A stretch of DNA of 57,156 bases from an uncultured Acidobacteriota bacterium. Its GTDB lineage: Bacteria > Acidobacteriota > Terriglobia > UBA7540. Every line of letters begins with the position of its first letter. Within the stretch, counting starts at the first letter, position 1. Below, piece by piece: positions 7,680 through 16,325 of this stretch. Where the stretch lies: the NCBI GenBank assembly GCA_964533045.1, contig CAZHKT010000002.1:994-58149 (forward strand). The letters are read 5' to 3'. The translations under genes were made by a program, and so were the position numbers. A model generated the notes under the pieces. The model saw only the letters and a list, made by a program, of their open reading frames with translations. It was not told where the DNA came from and searched no databases.

Positions 7680-9152
7680 CTACCTCGTTGAATTGGCCTT
7701 GGCAGCAGCCGGTTCATTCACGGGCATCCGCAGAGCCGCGCCCAGCGCTTCGCCGACCTTCCAGACGCTTCCCGCGCCCACGGTCAGGATCATGTCACCC
7801 GGGCGCGCCTCAGCAAGAATCTCCCGGATGACTGCCTGCTCCGAGGGCGCGTAGCGAGCGCCCTGGAGACCCAGTTCGGTCATCCGCGCCACGAGCCGCT
7901 CGGAGGTCACCCCGGGGATGGGCGGCTCGCTCGCCGCGTAGATGTCGAGCACATAGACCCGCTCGCACCCTTCGAAACACTTGGCGAAATCGTCCATCAG
8001 AAACTTGGTGCGTGTGTAACGATGCGGCTGAAACACGGCCCAGATGCGCCGCGCGCCGCGCAGACGCGCCGCGTCCACCACGGTGCGAATCTCCGCAGGA
8101 TGATGCCCGTAATCGTCCACCACAGTGATGCCGTTCCACTCCGCCTTGATCTGGAAGCGGCGATCCACCCCGCGAAATCGCGCCAGTCCGGAGCGAATCT
8201 GCTCCGGCGTGAGCTCGAGTTCCAGGCCCACGGCGATGGCGGCGAGTGCGTTTTGAATGTTATGCCGTCCCGGCACGTTGAGTGCGAACCGACCTATGCT
8301 CTTGCCGTGAGCGATCACTTCGAATTCTGAGCCGGCGGGATTCAGGTCCGCCTTGGCGCCACGCACATCGGCCCCGGTATCGAGGCCGTAGGTCATCACG
8401 CGGCGCCGGATCCGCGGCATCAGGCTGCGGAAGCGCTCGCCCCATGGCGCATCGACGCAGCCTATCACGGCGCCATAGAAGGGAACCTTATTGGCAAAAG
8501 CCAGAAATGCCTCCAGGATTTCGCCCAGGTCCTGGTAGTGGTCCAGGTGCTCGCGATCCATGTTGGTGATGACGGCGATGGTGGGCAGCAGCAGGAGAAA
8601 CGACCGGTCGCTTTCGTCCGCTTCCACCACCATCAGATCGCTCTTGCCTAAGCGCGCGCTCGAGCCGAAGACGTCCAGCCGGCCGCCGATGACCGCCGTC
8701 GGGTCGAGCCCCGCCTCCGACAACATCACGGCAATCATCGAAGTCGTGCTGGTCTTGCCGTGCGCACCCGCCACCGCCACGTTGAACTTCAAGCGCATTA
8801 ACTCGGCCAGCATTTCGGCGCGGGGGATCACCGGGATGTGCCGCTGCTGGGCCTGCATGACTTCGGGATTGTTTGGAACCACGGCGGTGGAGGTCACCAC
8901 GACTTCGGCGTCACCCACGTTCTCCGCCGCGTGGCCCTCGGCGATGCGCGCGCCCAGCTTCATCAGGCGCTCCGTCACCGGCGTGTGCCGCAAGTCGGAA
9001 CCCGAAACGGTGTAACCCAGATTAAGCAGCACTTCGGCGATGCCGCTCATGCCGATGCCGCCGATGCCAACGAAATGAATTTTGCGAATCTTTCCCAACA
9101 TGAGTCTTAGGTCATCGATGTCAGTGGCCCTTAGCCATGGGTCACTGGTCAT
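7680..9152 (-). CDS. murC: UDP-N-acetylmuramate--L-alanine ligase MurC
   Basis: KIHFVGIGGIGMSGIAEVL and GAHGKTSTTSM Mur-ligase motifs. Start is placed at ATG 9152 (GAGG SD, 5 nt after the murG stop). The longer ORF-track start overlaps murG; ATG 9101 is also possible. Confidence 0.92.
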   Translation of the reverse strand: MTSDPWLRATDIDDLRLMLGKIRKIHFVGIGGIGMSGIAEVLLNLGYTVSGSDLRHTPVTERLMKLGARIAEGHAAENVGDAEVVVTSTAVVPNNPEVMQAQQRHIPVIPRAEMLAELMRLKFNVAVAGAHGKTSTTSMIAVMLSEAGLDPTAVIGGRLDVFGSSARLGKSDLMVVEADESDRSFLLLLPTIAVITNMDREHLDHYQDLGEILEAFLAFANKVPFYGAVIGCVDAPWGERFRSLMPRIRRRVMTYGLDTGADVRGAKADLNPAGSEFEVIAHGKSIGRFALNVPGRHNIQNALAAIAVGLELELTPEQIRSGLARFRGVDRRFQIKAEWNGITVVDDYGHHPAEIRTVVDAARLRGARRIWAVFQPHRYTRTKFLMDDFAKCFEGCERVYVLDIYAASEPPIPGVTSERLVARMTELGLQGARYAPSEQAVIREILAEARPGDMILTVGAGSVWKVGEALGAALRMPVNEPAAAKANSTR

Positions 9153-9157
9153 TAGCC

Positions 9158-10303
9158 TCAGCGGGCGGCCGCGAGTCCTTCGACGAGGTCCGCAATCTCG
9201 GCGGCAGCGCGGGGCCGGGCAACGGCGCGGGCGGCGCGTTCCAGCGCTGCAAGTTTTTCTGGAGACGTGAGAAGCGAGCGAATCTCCCCACACAACCTTT
9301 CCGCCGACAGATCCTTCTGCTCGATCACGATTGCCGCCCCTGCCCGTTCGAGGGCCTGCGCGTTGGCCAGCTGATGCTGATCGGCGGCCGCAGGGAACGG
9401 CACCAAGATGCAGGCCTTGCCCGCCGCCGCCAGTTCCGCCACGGCATTGCCGCCGGCGCGCGAGATCACCACGTCCGCCTGGGTGAGCGCGGAAGGAACA
9501 TCTTCGAGGAAAGCGTGCACCTCGGCGGGAATGGCGCGATTCCGATATGCCTGATTCACCTTATCATAGTCCCGTTCGCCCGACTGATGGATGAATCTCA
9601 GCGCGAGCCCGGTTTGCTGCAAATGCTCCAGGCTCGCCAGCACGCAATCGTTGACGGCCGTGGCACCCAGACTTCCCCCCAGCACCAGGATGGTGAAAGG
9701 CGGCGTGTGCCCCTTCGCGGGAACTCCGGCAAACGCGGCGCGAATTGGATTCCCCGTTACGCGCGCTTTGGCGCCGTAGACCTTCGCTGCCTCTTCAAAT
9801 GCCACGGCCGCGGCGGTCACGACCGGCGCCAAGACGCGGTTCGTAAACCCGGGAATCGCGTTGGGTTCTATCAGCACTGTCGGAATCCCCCGAAGCGCCG
9901 CCAGCAGCATCGCCGGGCCGGCGATATAACCGCCCAGCCCCAGTACGACCTTGGGCCGAAAGTCGCTCAAAATCCGCCACGCTTGGAGGGCGCTTTGCGG
10001 CAGCACCGCCAGGTTGCGAACCTTCTTCCACCCGCCCATCCCCTTAAGACCTGCCCCGGCAATCCTGCGCAGGCCGAATCCCGCGGCGGGAATCACGCGG
10101 TCCTCGATGCCGCGTCCTGTGCCAGCAAAGAGTATTTCGTATTGCCGTTGCGGTCGCGCTTCGCTCCGGCGCTTCAATTCCTGTGCCACGGCGAGGGCGG
10201 GGAAAATATGCCCGCCGGTCCCGCCCGCCGCCATTAGCACGCGAACGATTCGGGAATCTTCAGTTTGCTTCGTCGCCTCCACAAGTTCCTTATCGCCGAG
10301 CAA
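9158..10303 (-). CDS. murG: undecaprenyldiphospho-muramoylpentapeptide beta-N-acetylglucosaminyltransferase MurG
   Basis: GGTGGHIFPALAVA motif, GT28 fold, and dcw position. Confidence 0.93.
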   Translation of the reverse strand: MLGDKELVEATKQTEDSRIVRVLMAAGGTGGHIFPALAVAQELKRRSEARPQRQYEILFAGTGRGIEDRVIPAAGFGLRRIAGAGLKGMGGWKKVRNLAVLPQSALQAWRILSDFRPKVVLGLGGYIAGPAMLLAALRGIPTVLIEPNAIPGFTNRVLAPVVTAAAVAFEEAAKVYGAKARVTGNPIRAAFAGVPAKGHTPPFTILVLGGSLGATAVNDCVLASLEHLQQTGLALRFIHQSGERDYDKVNQAYRNRAIPAEVHAFLEDVPSALTQADVVISRAGGNAVAELAAAGKACILVPFPAAADQHQLANAQALERAGAAIVIEQKDLSAERLCGEIRSLLTSPEKLAALERAARAVARPRAAAEIADLVEGLAAAR

Positions 10304-10365
10304 GGGACGCGCCCCACGTCAGGGTGTCCTTCCGGCGGCAATCGAAGGCCGCCGCAAGGGCAGCC

Positions 10366-11457
10366 TCAGCTCGAGTGCTGCGAGATGTTAAGCAGCACGC
10401 CCATCGCCGCAAGGTTCACCATCAGCGACGAGCCGCCGTAGCTAACGAACGGCAGCGGGATTCCCTTGGTCGGCATCAGCCCCAGCACCACGCTGATATT
10501 GACCAGCGCCTGTCCCACGATCATCACGGTCAGACCCACGGCCAGCAGCCTTCCGAATTCGTCCGTGGTTCGCGCCGAAGCCCGCAGGCCGCGCCAAAGC
10601 ATGACCCCAAAAATCGCCAGCACGAACAGGCAGCCGATCAAGCCAAGCTCTTCTCCGACCACCGCGAAGATGAAATCCGTGTGCGGCTCGGGAAGATAGA
10701 ACAGCTTCTGCTTGCCGTCCATCAACCCGACGCCGTCGATGCCTCCCGATCCCACCGCGATGAACGACTGAATGATCTGAAATCCCTTTCCCAGCGGATC
10801 CTCGTAAGGATTCAGAAACGCCAAGATCCGGCGCTGGCGGTAGCCCACTTGGAAGATAGCCAGGTAAAGCAGAGGAACCGCGGCCAGAAATCCATACACG
10901 AAATAACGGAAATGCAGCCCCGCCGCAAATAGCATGGCGGCAACAATCAGAACCAGTGCCACCGAAGTTCCCAGATCCGGCTCTTTCAGGACCAGCGCCA
11001 CGCATCCGCCCGCAACCAGACCGATGGGCAGCAGGGTCCGCCGCAGATCGTCCACGGGGGCCTTGCGCTGGGCCAGAAAGTGAGCCAGAAAGACCGCCAG
11101 GATGAGCTTGCAGAATTCCGAGGGCTGAAATCCGATGGGACCAATATGGAGCCAGCGATGCGCGTTGTTGGTCTGATCGGCAAACAGAACGGCGATCAGC
11201 AGCAGAAATTGCACTCCCAGCGCGGGGAAGATGACCGTGGGCCGGGCCAGGCGGCGGTAGTCGAAATGCATGGCAGCGACCATCAGCCCAAAGCCCAGCG
11301 TAGCCCAGGCCAGTTGTCGCATCAGGAAGTAGTAGCTGGTCCCGTATCGCTGCTGGGCCATGACCGCCGAGGCGCTGAAAACCATCAGGGCGCCGAACAG
11401 CACCAACACCACCACGGCTCCAAAAAGGATGCGATCGGATTCGAGTCGTCGGGCCAT
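10366..11457 (-). CDS. ftsW: SEDS-family cell division protein FtsW
   Basis: Polytopic SEDS protein with a C-terminal GIPLPFVSYGGSS motif. ATG 11457 lies 1 nt after the murD TAA (TAATATG). The ORF-track start at 11493 would overlap murD. Confidence 0.9.
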   Translation of the reverse strand: MARRLESDRILFGAVVVLVLFGALMVFSASAVMAQQRYGTSYYFLMRQLAWATLGFGLMVAAMHFDYRRLARPTVIFPALGVQFLLLIAVLFADQTNNAHRWLHIGPIGFQPSEFCKLILAVFLAHFLAQRKAPVDDLRRTLLPIGLVAGGCVALVLKEPDLGTSVALVLIVAAMLFAAGLHFRYFVYGFLAAVPLLYLAIFQVGYRQRRILAFLNPYEDPLGKGFQIIQSFIAVGSGGIDGVGLMDGKQKLFYLPEPHTDFIFAVVGEELGLIGCLFVLAIFGVMLWRGLRASARTTDEFGRLLAVGLTVMIVGQALVNISVVLGLMPTKGIPLPFVSYGGSSLMVNLAAMGVLLNISQHSS

Positions 11458-11458
11458 A

Positions 11459-13327
11459 TTATACCGAGGGCTCTTCGGGGTCGGGCAAACCATGCGCAGG
11501 CTTCGGTCTTTCGGGCTCTGCCACGGCCGTCGCAGTGTCCCGGACTGCGGCGCGCACTTCGTAAGGCAGCGCCTGATCGGTCAGAACTTCGGCCGCAGGA
11601 ATGGATTCGCCACGGACCATAGGCTCATCGGGCGCGTCGCCGGACAGGGCGTAGTCCGCGTCCCCCGTCTCTTCGGCGGAGACTTCGAAGACGTATATGG
11701 GGTCCGGCCTGGTGCCCTCGGCAGCCGGCTCGATCTTTTCCTCTTGCTCCGGGGAGGCCGCCCCCGTGGCCGGTTCCGGCTCGACGCCTTGCATCACCGG
11801 CAGGGGTTCGGGATGCGGTGGGGTCGCCGGCGCGGTAGCGGGCGCAGGCGCAGGCGGCGGCTCCAAGTGGAAGTCAGGATACTCCTGCCCCGCGAGGGGC
11901 GCCGTCACGGGTGCGGCGGGCAGCGCCACGGCGGGCAGCGCGATGGGAGCGGCCACGCGCCGCTCCGCCGGATGGGCGGCCAGCCGGGCCACGAGTTCCT
12001 TGAAGACACGGCCGCGCTGTTCGTAATCCTGAAACTGGTCGAAGCTGGCGCAGGCGGGCGAAAGCAGCACCACGTCTCCCGGCACGGCGCGAGCCGAGGC
12101 TTCGCGCACCGCCGTCTCCAGGTCGCCCGACCGGTAGAGCGGCACCACTCCGCTCAGCTGTTTCTCGATGCGCTCGGCGGCCGCGCCAATCAGGTAAACG
12201 TCGCGCACGCGGCCTTCCAACAGCTTGCGAATGGGCTCGTAGGGCGCGCCCTTGTCCTTGCCGCCCAGAATCAGGTGGACGCCGCTGCCGAAGGCGGACA
12301 GCGCCTTGGCGGCCGCGTCCACGCTGGTAGCCTTAGAGTCGTTGTAATACTGCACGCCGCCGATTTCGCGCACGAATTCGAGGCGATGTTCCACGCCTCG
12401 GAACGCCGCCACCGCTCGCCGGATGGCCTCGAAATCCGCCCCAACCGCGCCGGCCATGGCGGCGGCGGCCATCACGTTTTCCACATTGAAGTCGCCGCGC
12501 AGCGCGATCTCCCGGGTGGTCAGCAGCACTCGCTCCAGGTTCGAGGTGCGGTAGACAATGTGACCGTTCTCGAGAAATATTCCATCCGGCAGTTCGCGCC
12601 GCCGGCTGAAGAAGACCTTTTGCGCCGCCCCCCGTGGCGCGAGGCTCATCACCGCGGGGTCGTCGGCGTTGAGGACGGCAAAATCGCCGGCCGTCTGGTT
12701 GGCGAAGATGCGCGCCTTGGCCTGTACGTACGATTCGAAGGACGGATGCCGATCCAGATGGTTGGGCGTGAGATTGAGCAGGGCGGCGACGTGAGGATGG
12801 AAGTTGACCGTCGCTTCGAGTTGGAAGCTGCTAAGTTCGGCGACCACCAGACCGTCGGGCGGGACATCGTCCACGGCGGAAATCACCGGCACGCCGATGT
12901 TTCCGCCGACAAAGACCGGAAAGCCTGAGGCTTCCAGAATCTCGCCCAGCAGCGCCGTCGTCGTCGTCTTGCCGTTCGATCCCGTAATACCCAGAATGGG
13001 TGCCTCGAGCATCCAGCCGGCGACTTCGACTTCCGACACCACGGGGATCCCCCTGGCGCGAGCGGCTGCCAGCTGCGGCATGTCGGGCAGGACGCCCGGA
13101 CTCACAACGATAAAGTCCTGCTTCAGGAAGGTGGAGTCGCGATGCAGACCCAATTCCATGCCGATCTGATGGGTGAGCAGGTCGCCCAGGTCGGCGCGCA
13201 GCTCCCAGGGCGGGCGCGCGTCGGTCACGGTGACGTAAGCGCCGCGGCGGGCGAGCGCTTTGGCGGCGGCCAAGCCGGTCCGCGCCAGACCCACGATCAG
13301 GACCCGCTTGCCTTGCACCGGCATCAT
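11459..13327 (-). CDS. murD: UDP-N-acetylmuramoylalanine--D-glutamate ligase MurD with a 172-aa Pro/Glu/Ala-rich C-terminal extension
   Basis: Residues 1-450 form a complete MurD (GLARTG, GITGSNGKTTT, SPACASFDQF). Residues 451-622 are low-complexity (PAPAPATAPATPPHPEP..., acidic). Confidence 0.9.
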   Translation of the reverse strand: MMPVQGKRVLIVGLARTGLAAAKALARRGAYVTVTDARPPWELRADLGDLLTHQIGMELGLHRDSTFLKQDFIVVSPGVLPDMPQLAAARARGIPVVSEVEVAGWMLEAPILGITGSNGKTTTTALLGEILEASGFPVFVGGNIGVPVISAVDDVPPDGLVVAELSSFQLEATVNFHPHVAALLNLTPNHLDRHPSFESYVQAKARIFANQTAGDFAVLNADDPAVMSLAPRGAAQKVFFSRRRELPDGIFLENGHIVYRTSNLERVLLTTREIALRGDFNVENVMAAAAMAGAVGADFEAIRRAVAAFRGVEHRLEFVREIGGVQYYNDSKATSVDAAAKALSAFGSGVHLILGGKDKGAPYEPIRKLLEGRVRDVYLIGAAAERIEKQLSGVVPLYRSGDLETAVREASARAVPGDVVLLSPACASFDQFQDYEQRGRVFKELVARLAAHPAERRVAAPIALPAVALPAAPVTAPLAGQEYPDFHLEPPPAPAPATAPATPPHPEPLPVMQGVEPEPATGAASPEQEEKIEPAAEGTRPDPIYVFEVSAEETGDADYALSGDAPDEPMVRGESIPAAEVLTDQALPYEVRAAVRDTATAVAEPERPKPAHGLPDPEEPSV

Positions 13328-13506
13328 GCGCGCCTCCCCTGCCCCGGATGGCCGTTCCGCCGCAAATGAACTTCGAGGATTTCCGAGACGACTTCCGAGA
13401 GCGAGCGGCGGACTTCCCGCGCCAGGCGGCGGGCCGCGATCAGCGTGTCGCGGTTCAGCGTCAGACTGACGCGCGTGGGACGCCGGAATGATTTGGGTCG
13501 GGCCAT
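13324..13506 (-). CDS. ribbon-helix-helix (CopG/Arc/antitoxin-like) DNA-binding protein, orphan
   Basis: 60 aa. The pattern is a beta-strand (TRVSLTLNRDTL), helix (IAARRLAREVRRS) and helix (LSEVVSEILEVHL), typical of RHH. GC3 is high in this frame. Its TGA overlaps the murD ATG (ATGA). Confidence 0.7.
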   Translation of the reverse strand: MARPKSFRRPTRVSLTLNRDTLIAARRLAREVRRSLSEVVSEILEVHLRRNGHPGQGRRA

Positions 13507-13516
13507 CGTTAATTAG

Positions 13517-13533
13517 TGCGTATTTTATACGCA
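13517..13533. promoter_or_regulatory. 17-bp perfect palindrome TGCGTAT-TTT-ATACGCA (candidate RHH operator)
   Basis: Read directly from the sequence. It overlaps the predicted -10 hexamer and lies 11-27 nt upstream of the RHH ATG. Confidence 0.45.
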
Positions 13534-13550
13534 GTAATTCTATTTGTAAA
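13522..13550 (-). promoter_or_regulatory. sigma70-type promoter inside the dcw cluster (TTTACA-17-TAAAAT)
   Basis: The minus strand reads TTTACAaatagaattactgcgtaTAAAAT within a ~50-bp AT-rich island in an otherwise GC-rich region. It sits directly upstream of the RHH gene and murD. Confidence 0.45.
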
Positions 13551-13665
13551 GCCGTCCTTGGTCATGAGTCCTCACTCCGTCGCAGGCGAAGTCGGGACGT
13601 TCGCGCGCTGAACCGGACGCCGGCAGGGCTTCGGCCGGAGACACGCAACCCATGACCAGGACTCC

Positions 13666-14796
13666 TCACCTCAGTTTCAGCGTGGTCAGGGCGAACAGCG
13701 CCGAGACCAGCGCCGCGATCCAGAAGCGCGCAATGATCTTCGATTCCGTCCAACCCGACAGCTCGAAGTGGTGGTGAAGGGGGGCCATTTTGAAGATGCG
13801 CTTCTTGCGCAGCTTGAAAGACCCCACCTGCAGAATCACCGAGAGCGCTTCGATGACAAAGATGCCGCCGATGAAAGGCAGCAGCAATTCCTGCTTGATG
13901 ATGACGGCGACGGTGGCGATGGCCCCGCCCAGCGAAAGCGAGCCCACATCGCCCATGAAGATTTCCGCCGGGTAGGCGTTGTACCAGAGGAAGCCGAGGC
14001 TCGCGCCCACCATGGCGCCGCAAAACACGGTCAGTTCAGCAACCCGCGGGAGGTGCTCCAGGTCGAGATAATTCGCCAGCACGGCGTGTCCGGCCACGTA
14101 GGTGAGCACGGTGAGCGCCGAGGCGCAGATAACCACGCAGCCGATGGCCAGGCCGTCGAGCCCGTCCGTCAGGTTGACGGCGTTGGACGATCCCACCAGA
14201 ACGAAGACAACCAGGACGATGAACGGCAGAAAGGCGAAGGGATAGGACCAGGGATTATCGAGAAAAGACTCGATCAGAAACGAGGGCCGCACGCGCTTGA
14301 AGAACGGGAACGTCAGGTTGGTGGAGTAGAGGTTCTGGGCCGAAAGGAAAACCAGCACCACCCCGAAGCAGAAGCTGACCAGGATTTGCAGCAGGAATTT
14401 CGTCCGCGCCGTCAGGCCGAGGTTCTGACGCTTGCGGACCTTCTGGTAGTCGTCCCAGAAGCCGATGCCCGCGAAGGCCAGCGTCACGGCCAGCACCAGC
14501 CACACAAACAGGTTGCGCAGGTCCGACCACAACAGGGTGGGAATGGCGATACAGAGCACAATTAGAACGCCGCCCATGGTGGGTGTACCCGCCTTGGTGT
14601 GGTGCGACTGGGGGCCATCCTCGCGAATGAACTGGCCGATTTGAAACTCGCGCAGCTTGCGGATGAGCCACGGACCCAGCACGATCGCCAGGAAGAGAGC
14701 CGTCAGACTGGCGTAAGCCGTCCGGAAAGTAATGTAGCGGAAGAGGTTGAAGATCCGGATGTCATCGTGAAAGAAGAGATATAGAAGGTGAAACAT
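13666..14796 (-). CDS. mraY: phospho-N-acetylmuramoyl-pentapeptide transferase MraY
   Basis: Ten-TM protein with conserved [13 protein letters not shown] and HHHFE motifs. Confidence 0.96.
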   Translation of the reverse strand: MFHLLYLFFHDDIRIFNLFRYITFRTAYASLTALFLAIVLGPWLIRKLREFQIGQFIREDGPQSHHTKAGTPTMGGVLIVLCIAIPTLLWSDLRNLFVWLVLAVTLAFAGIGFWDDYQKVRKRQNLGLTARTKFLLQILVSFCFGVVLVFLSAQNLYSTNLTFPFFKRVRPSFLIESFLDNPWSYPFAFLPFIVLVVFVLVGSSNAVNLTDGLDGLAIGCVVICASALTVLTYVAGHAVLANYLDLEHLPRVAELTVFCGAMVGASLGFLWYNAYPAEIFMGDVGSLSLGGAIATVAVIIKQELLLPFIGGIFVIEALSVILQVGSFKLRKKRIFKMAPLHHHFELSGWTESKIIARFWIAALVSALFALTTLKLR

Positions 14797-14805
14797 AACG
14801 CCCGA

Positions 14806-16230
14806 TCACCCGCGCGCGCGGGCAGACAAGGCTCCTTTCGTATCCGGGCCCGCGGCCCGGAGAATATCCACCAGTTTTTCCAAGTGCACGCCGCGCGAGC
14901 CCTTGACCAGCAGGAGGTCGCCCGGCAGCACCAGCGGAGCGCAGAATGCCGCCGCCGCTTCCGGCGTTTGGAAAAACTGCATCTGGGCAGGAGGTAACCC
15001 GGCTTCCCTGGCACCCTCGATCATGAACTTCGCGTCGCCCTGAACGGCGATCAGCCAATCAACCCCGATTTCCGCGCACTTCCGGCCCACCGCGCGGTGG
15101 AGGTTGGGCGACTCCGGTCCCAGTTCGAGCATTTCTCCTGCCACCACGACGCGGCGCCGGGCCCCGGGCCAGTTGGCCAGGGTTTCCAGCATCCTTTCCA
15201 TAGCCAGAGGGTTCGAGTTGTAGCAATCGTTGATGAGCAACCCGCCCGACGGGAGTGTAAGGATTTCGCTACGTTGCGCCAGGGGCTGAAAATTCTCCAT
15301 AGCGGCGCGCGCGTCCTCGCCCGAAGCACCCAGCAGACTCGCCGCGGCCATCGCCGCCAGAGCATTCTGCACATTGTGGCGGCCGGCAAGCGGAAGGTGA
15401 ATCTCTGCTTCAAACCGGGCCGAATGCACGCGGAAGCGGCAACCTTGGCCGACGTCGGGCCGCACGTCCAACGCCCGAACGTCCGCCCCTTCGCCCAGCC
15501 CAAACGTCAGAATCTCGCCCGCAAAGCCCGCGGCAAAACTCCGCACGCGGGCGTCATCAAAGTTCAGGACCGCTTTCGCGCCGGAGGGGAGATTTTCAAT
15601 CAATTCCCTCTTGGCACGCGCGATGCCGTCCACCGAGTCAAAGAATTGAAGATGGACCGGCGCGACGTTGGTAACCACCCCGACGTTCGGCGCGGCAAGA
15701 CGGGTCAGCAGGGCGATTTCCCCCGCTCCCGACATGGCCAGCTCGGCCACGGCCACCTCGTGCTCCGCTTCAAGCGAAAGCAGCGTGAGCGGAACGCCCA
15801 GGTGATTATTCAAATTGCCTTTCGACTTGTGCACTGTAAATCGCTGAGCAAGAATCGCGGCCGCCATTTCCTTGGTGGTGGATTTGCCCGCGCTGCCCGT
15901 GATGGCCACCAGCGGCCGCCCCCAGCGGCCGCGGACGGACTGGCTTAAGCGCTGAAGGGCTTCCGTGGTGTCCGCCACCGGAATCAGCGGCGGCCGGAGC
16001 TCAGCGCTGGCTCCGCCATAGAATTCCCGCCTCACGACAGCGCCTGCCGCGCCCGCCTCGATCGCGCGGAGGACAAAGTCATGGCCATCAAAGCGGGGGC
16101 CGCGAATCGCGAAGAACAGATCTCCCGGCTGCACGGTGCGCGAATCGGTCGAGTACCCTTCCGCGACACGCGCGGACGAGCCCACTGTGGTCTCCAACGC
16201 CTCCGCGATTTCGCCCAAGGTCAGTTTCAT
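14806..16230 (-). CDS. murF: UDP-N-acetylmuramoyl-tripeptide--D-alanyl-D-alanine ligase MurF
   Basis: Mur-ligase motif (ITGSAGKSTTKEM) and dcw position. Confidence 0.93.
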   Translation of the reverse strand: MKLTLGEIAEALETTVGSSARVAEGYSTDSRTVQPGDLFFAIRGPRFDGHDFVLRAIEAGAAGAVVRREFYGGASAELRPPLIPVADTTEALQRLSQSVRGRWGRPLVAITGSAGKSTTKEMAAAILAQRFTVHKSKGNLNNHLGVPLTLLSLEAEHEVAVAELAMSGAGEIALLTRLAAPNVGVVTNVAPVHLQFFDSVDGIARAKRELIENLPSGAKAVLNFDDARVRSFAAGFAGEILTFGLGEGADVRALDVRPDVGQGCRFRVHSARFEAEIHLPLAGRHNVQNALAAMAAASLLGASGEDARAAMENFQPLAQRSEILTLPSGGLLINDCYNSNPLAMERMLETLANWPGARRRVVVAGEMLELGPESPNLHRAVGRKCAEIGVDWLIAVQGDAKFMIEGAREAGLPPAQMQFFQTPEAAAAFCAPLVLPGDLLLVKGSRGVHLEKLVDILRAAGPDTKGALSARARG

Positions 16231-16259
16231 GTGTCGAGCCCGGTTTTAGCCCGGCCTTC

Positions 16260-16325
16260 GTAGCGGCGGGCTTTAACCCGCCACATGTGGCACCGGCGCC
16301 GTGGCGACCTGAAGGTCGCCGCTAC
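16260..16325. repeat. convergent REP family 1 pair between murE and murF
   Basis: GTAGCGGCGGGCTTTAACCCGCCAC (16260-16284) and GTGGCGACCTGAAGGTCGCCGCTAC (16301-16325). The CTAC of the second unit contains the murE stop codon. Confidence 0.8.

Noticed and set aside
7680-9293. Long N-terminal extensions in the ORF track (murC to 9293, GH127 to 26184, ftsQ to 6613, FprA-like to 54304, ftsW to 11493)
   Set aside because: The extensions overlap the upstream gene or REP sequence and lack an SD. Internal starts (9152, 25989, 6565, 54202, 11457) have an SD, a signal peptide or coupling contexts.
13324-13506. Type II toxin-antitoxin locus
   Set aside because: The RHH protein is antitoxin-like, but there is no toxin-sized ORF on either side. 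The neighbours are mraY and murD. It is treated as an orphan RHH regulator instead.
13562-13665. Apparent inverted repeat (GGTCATG AGTCCTC ... CATGACC AGGACTCC) after mraY as a terminator
   Set aside because: The complementary blocks are in A-B...A'-B' order, so they cannot form a single hairpin. No T-tract follows the internal CCGGC/GCCGG stem.
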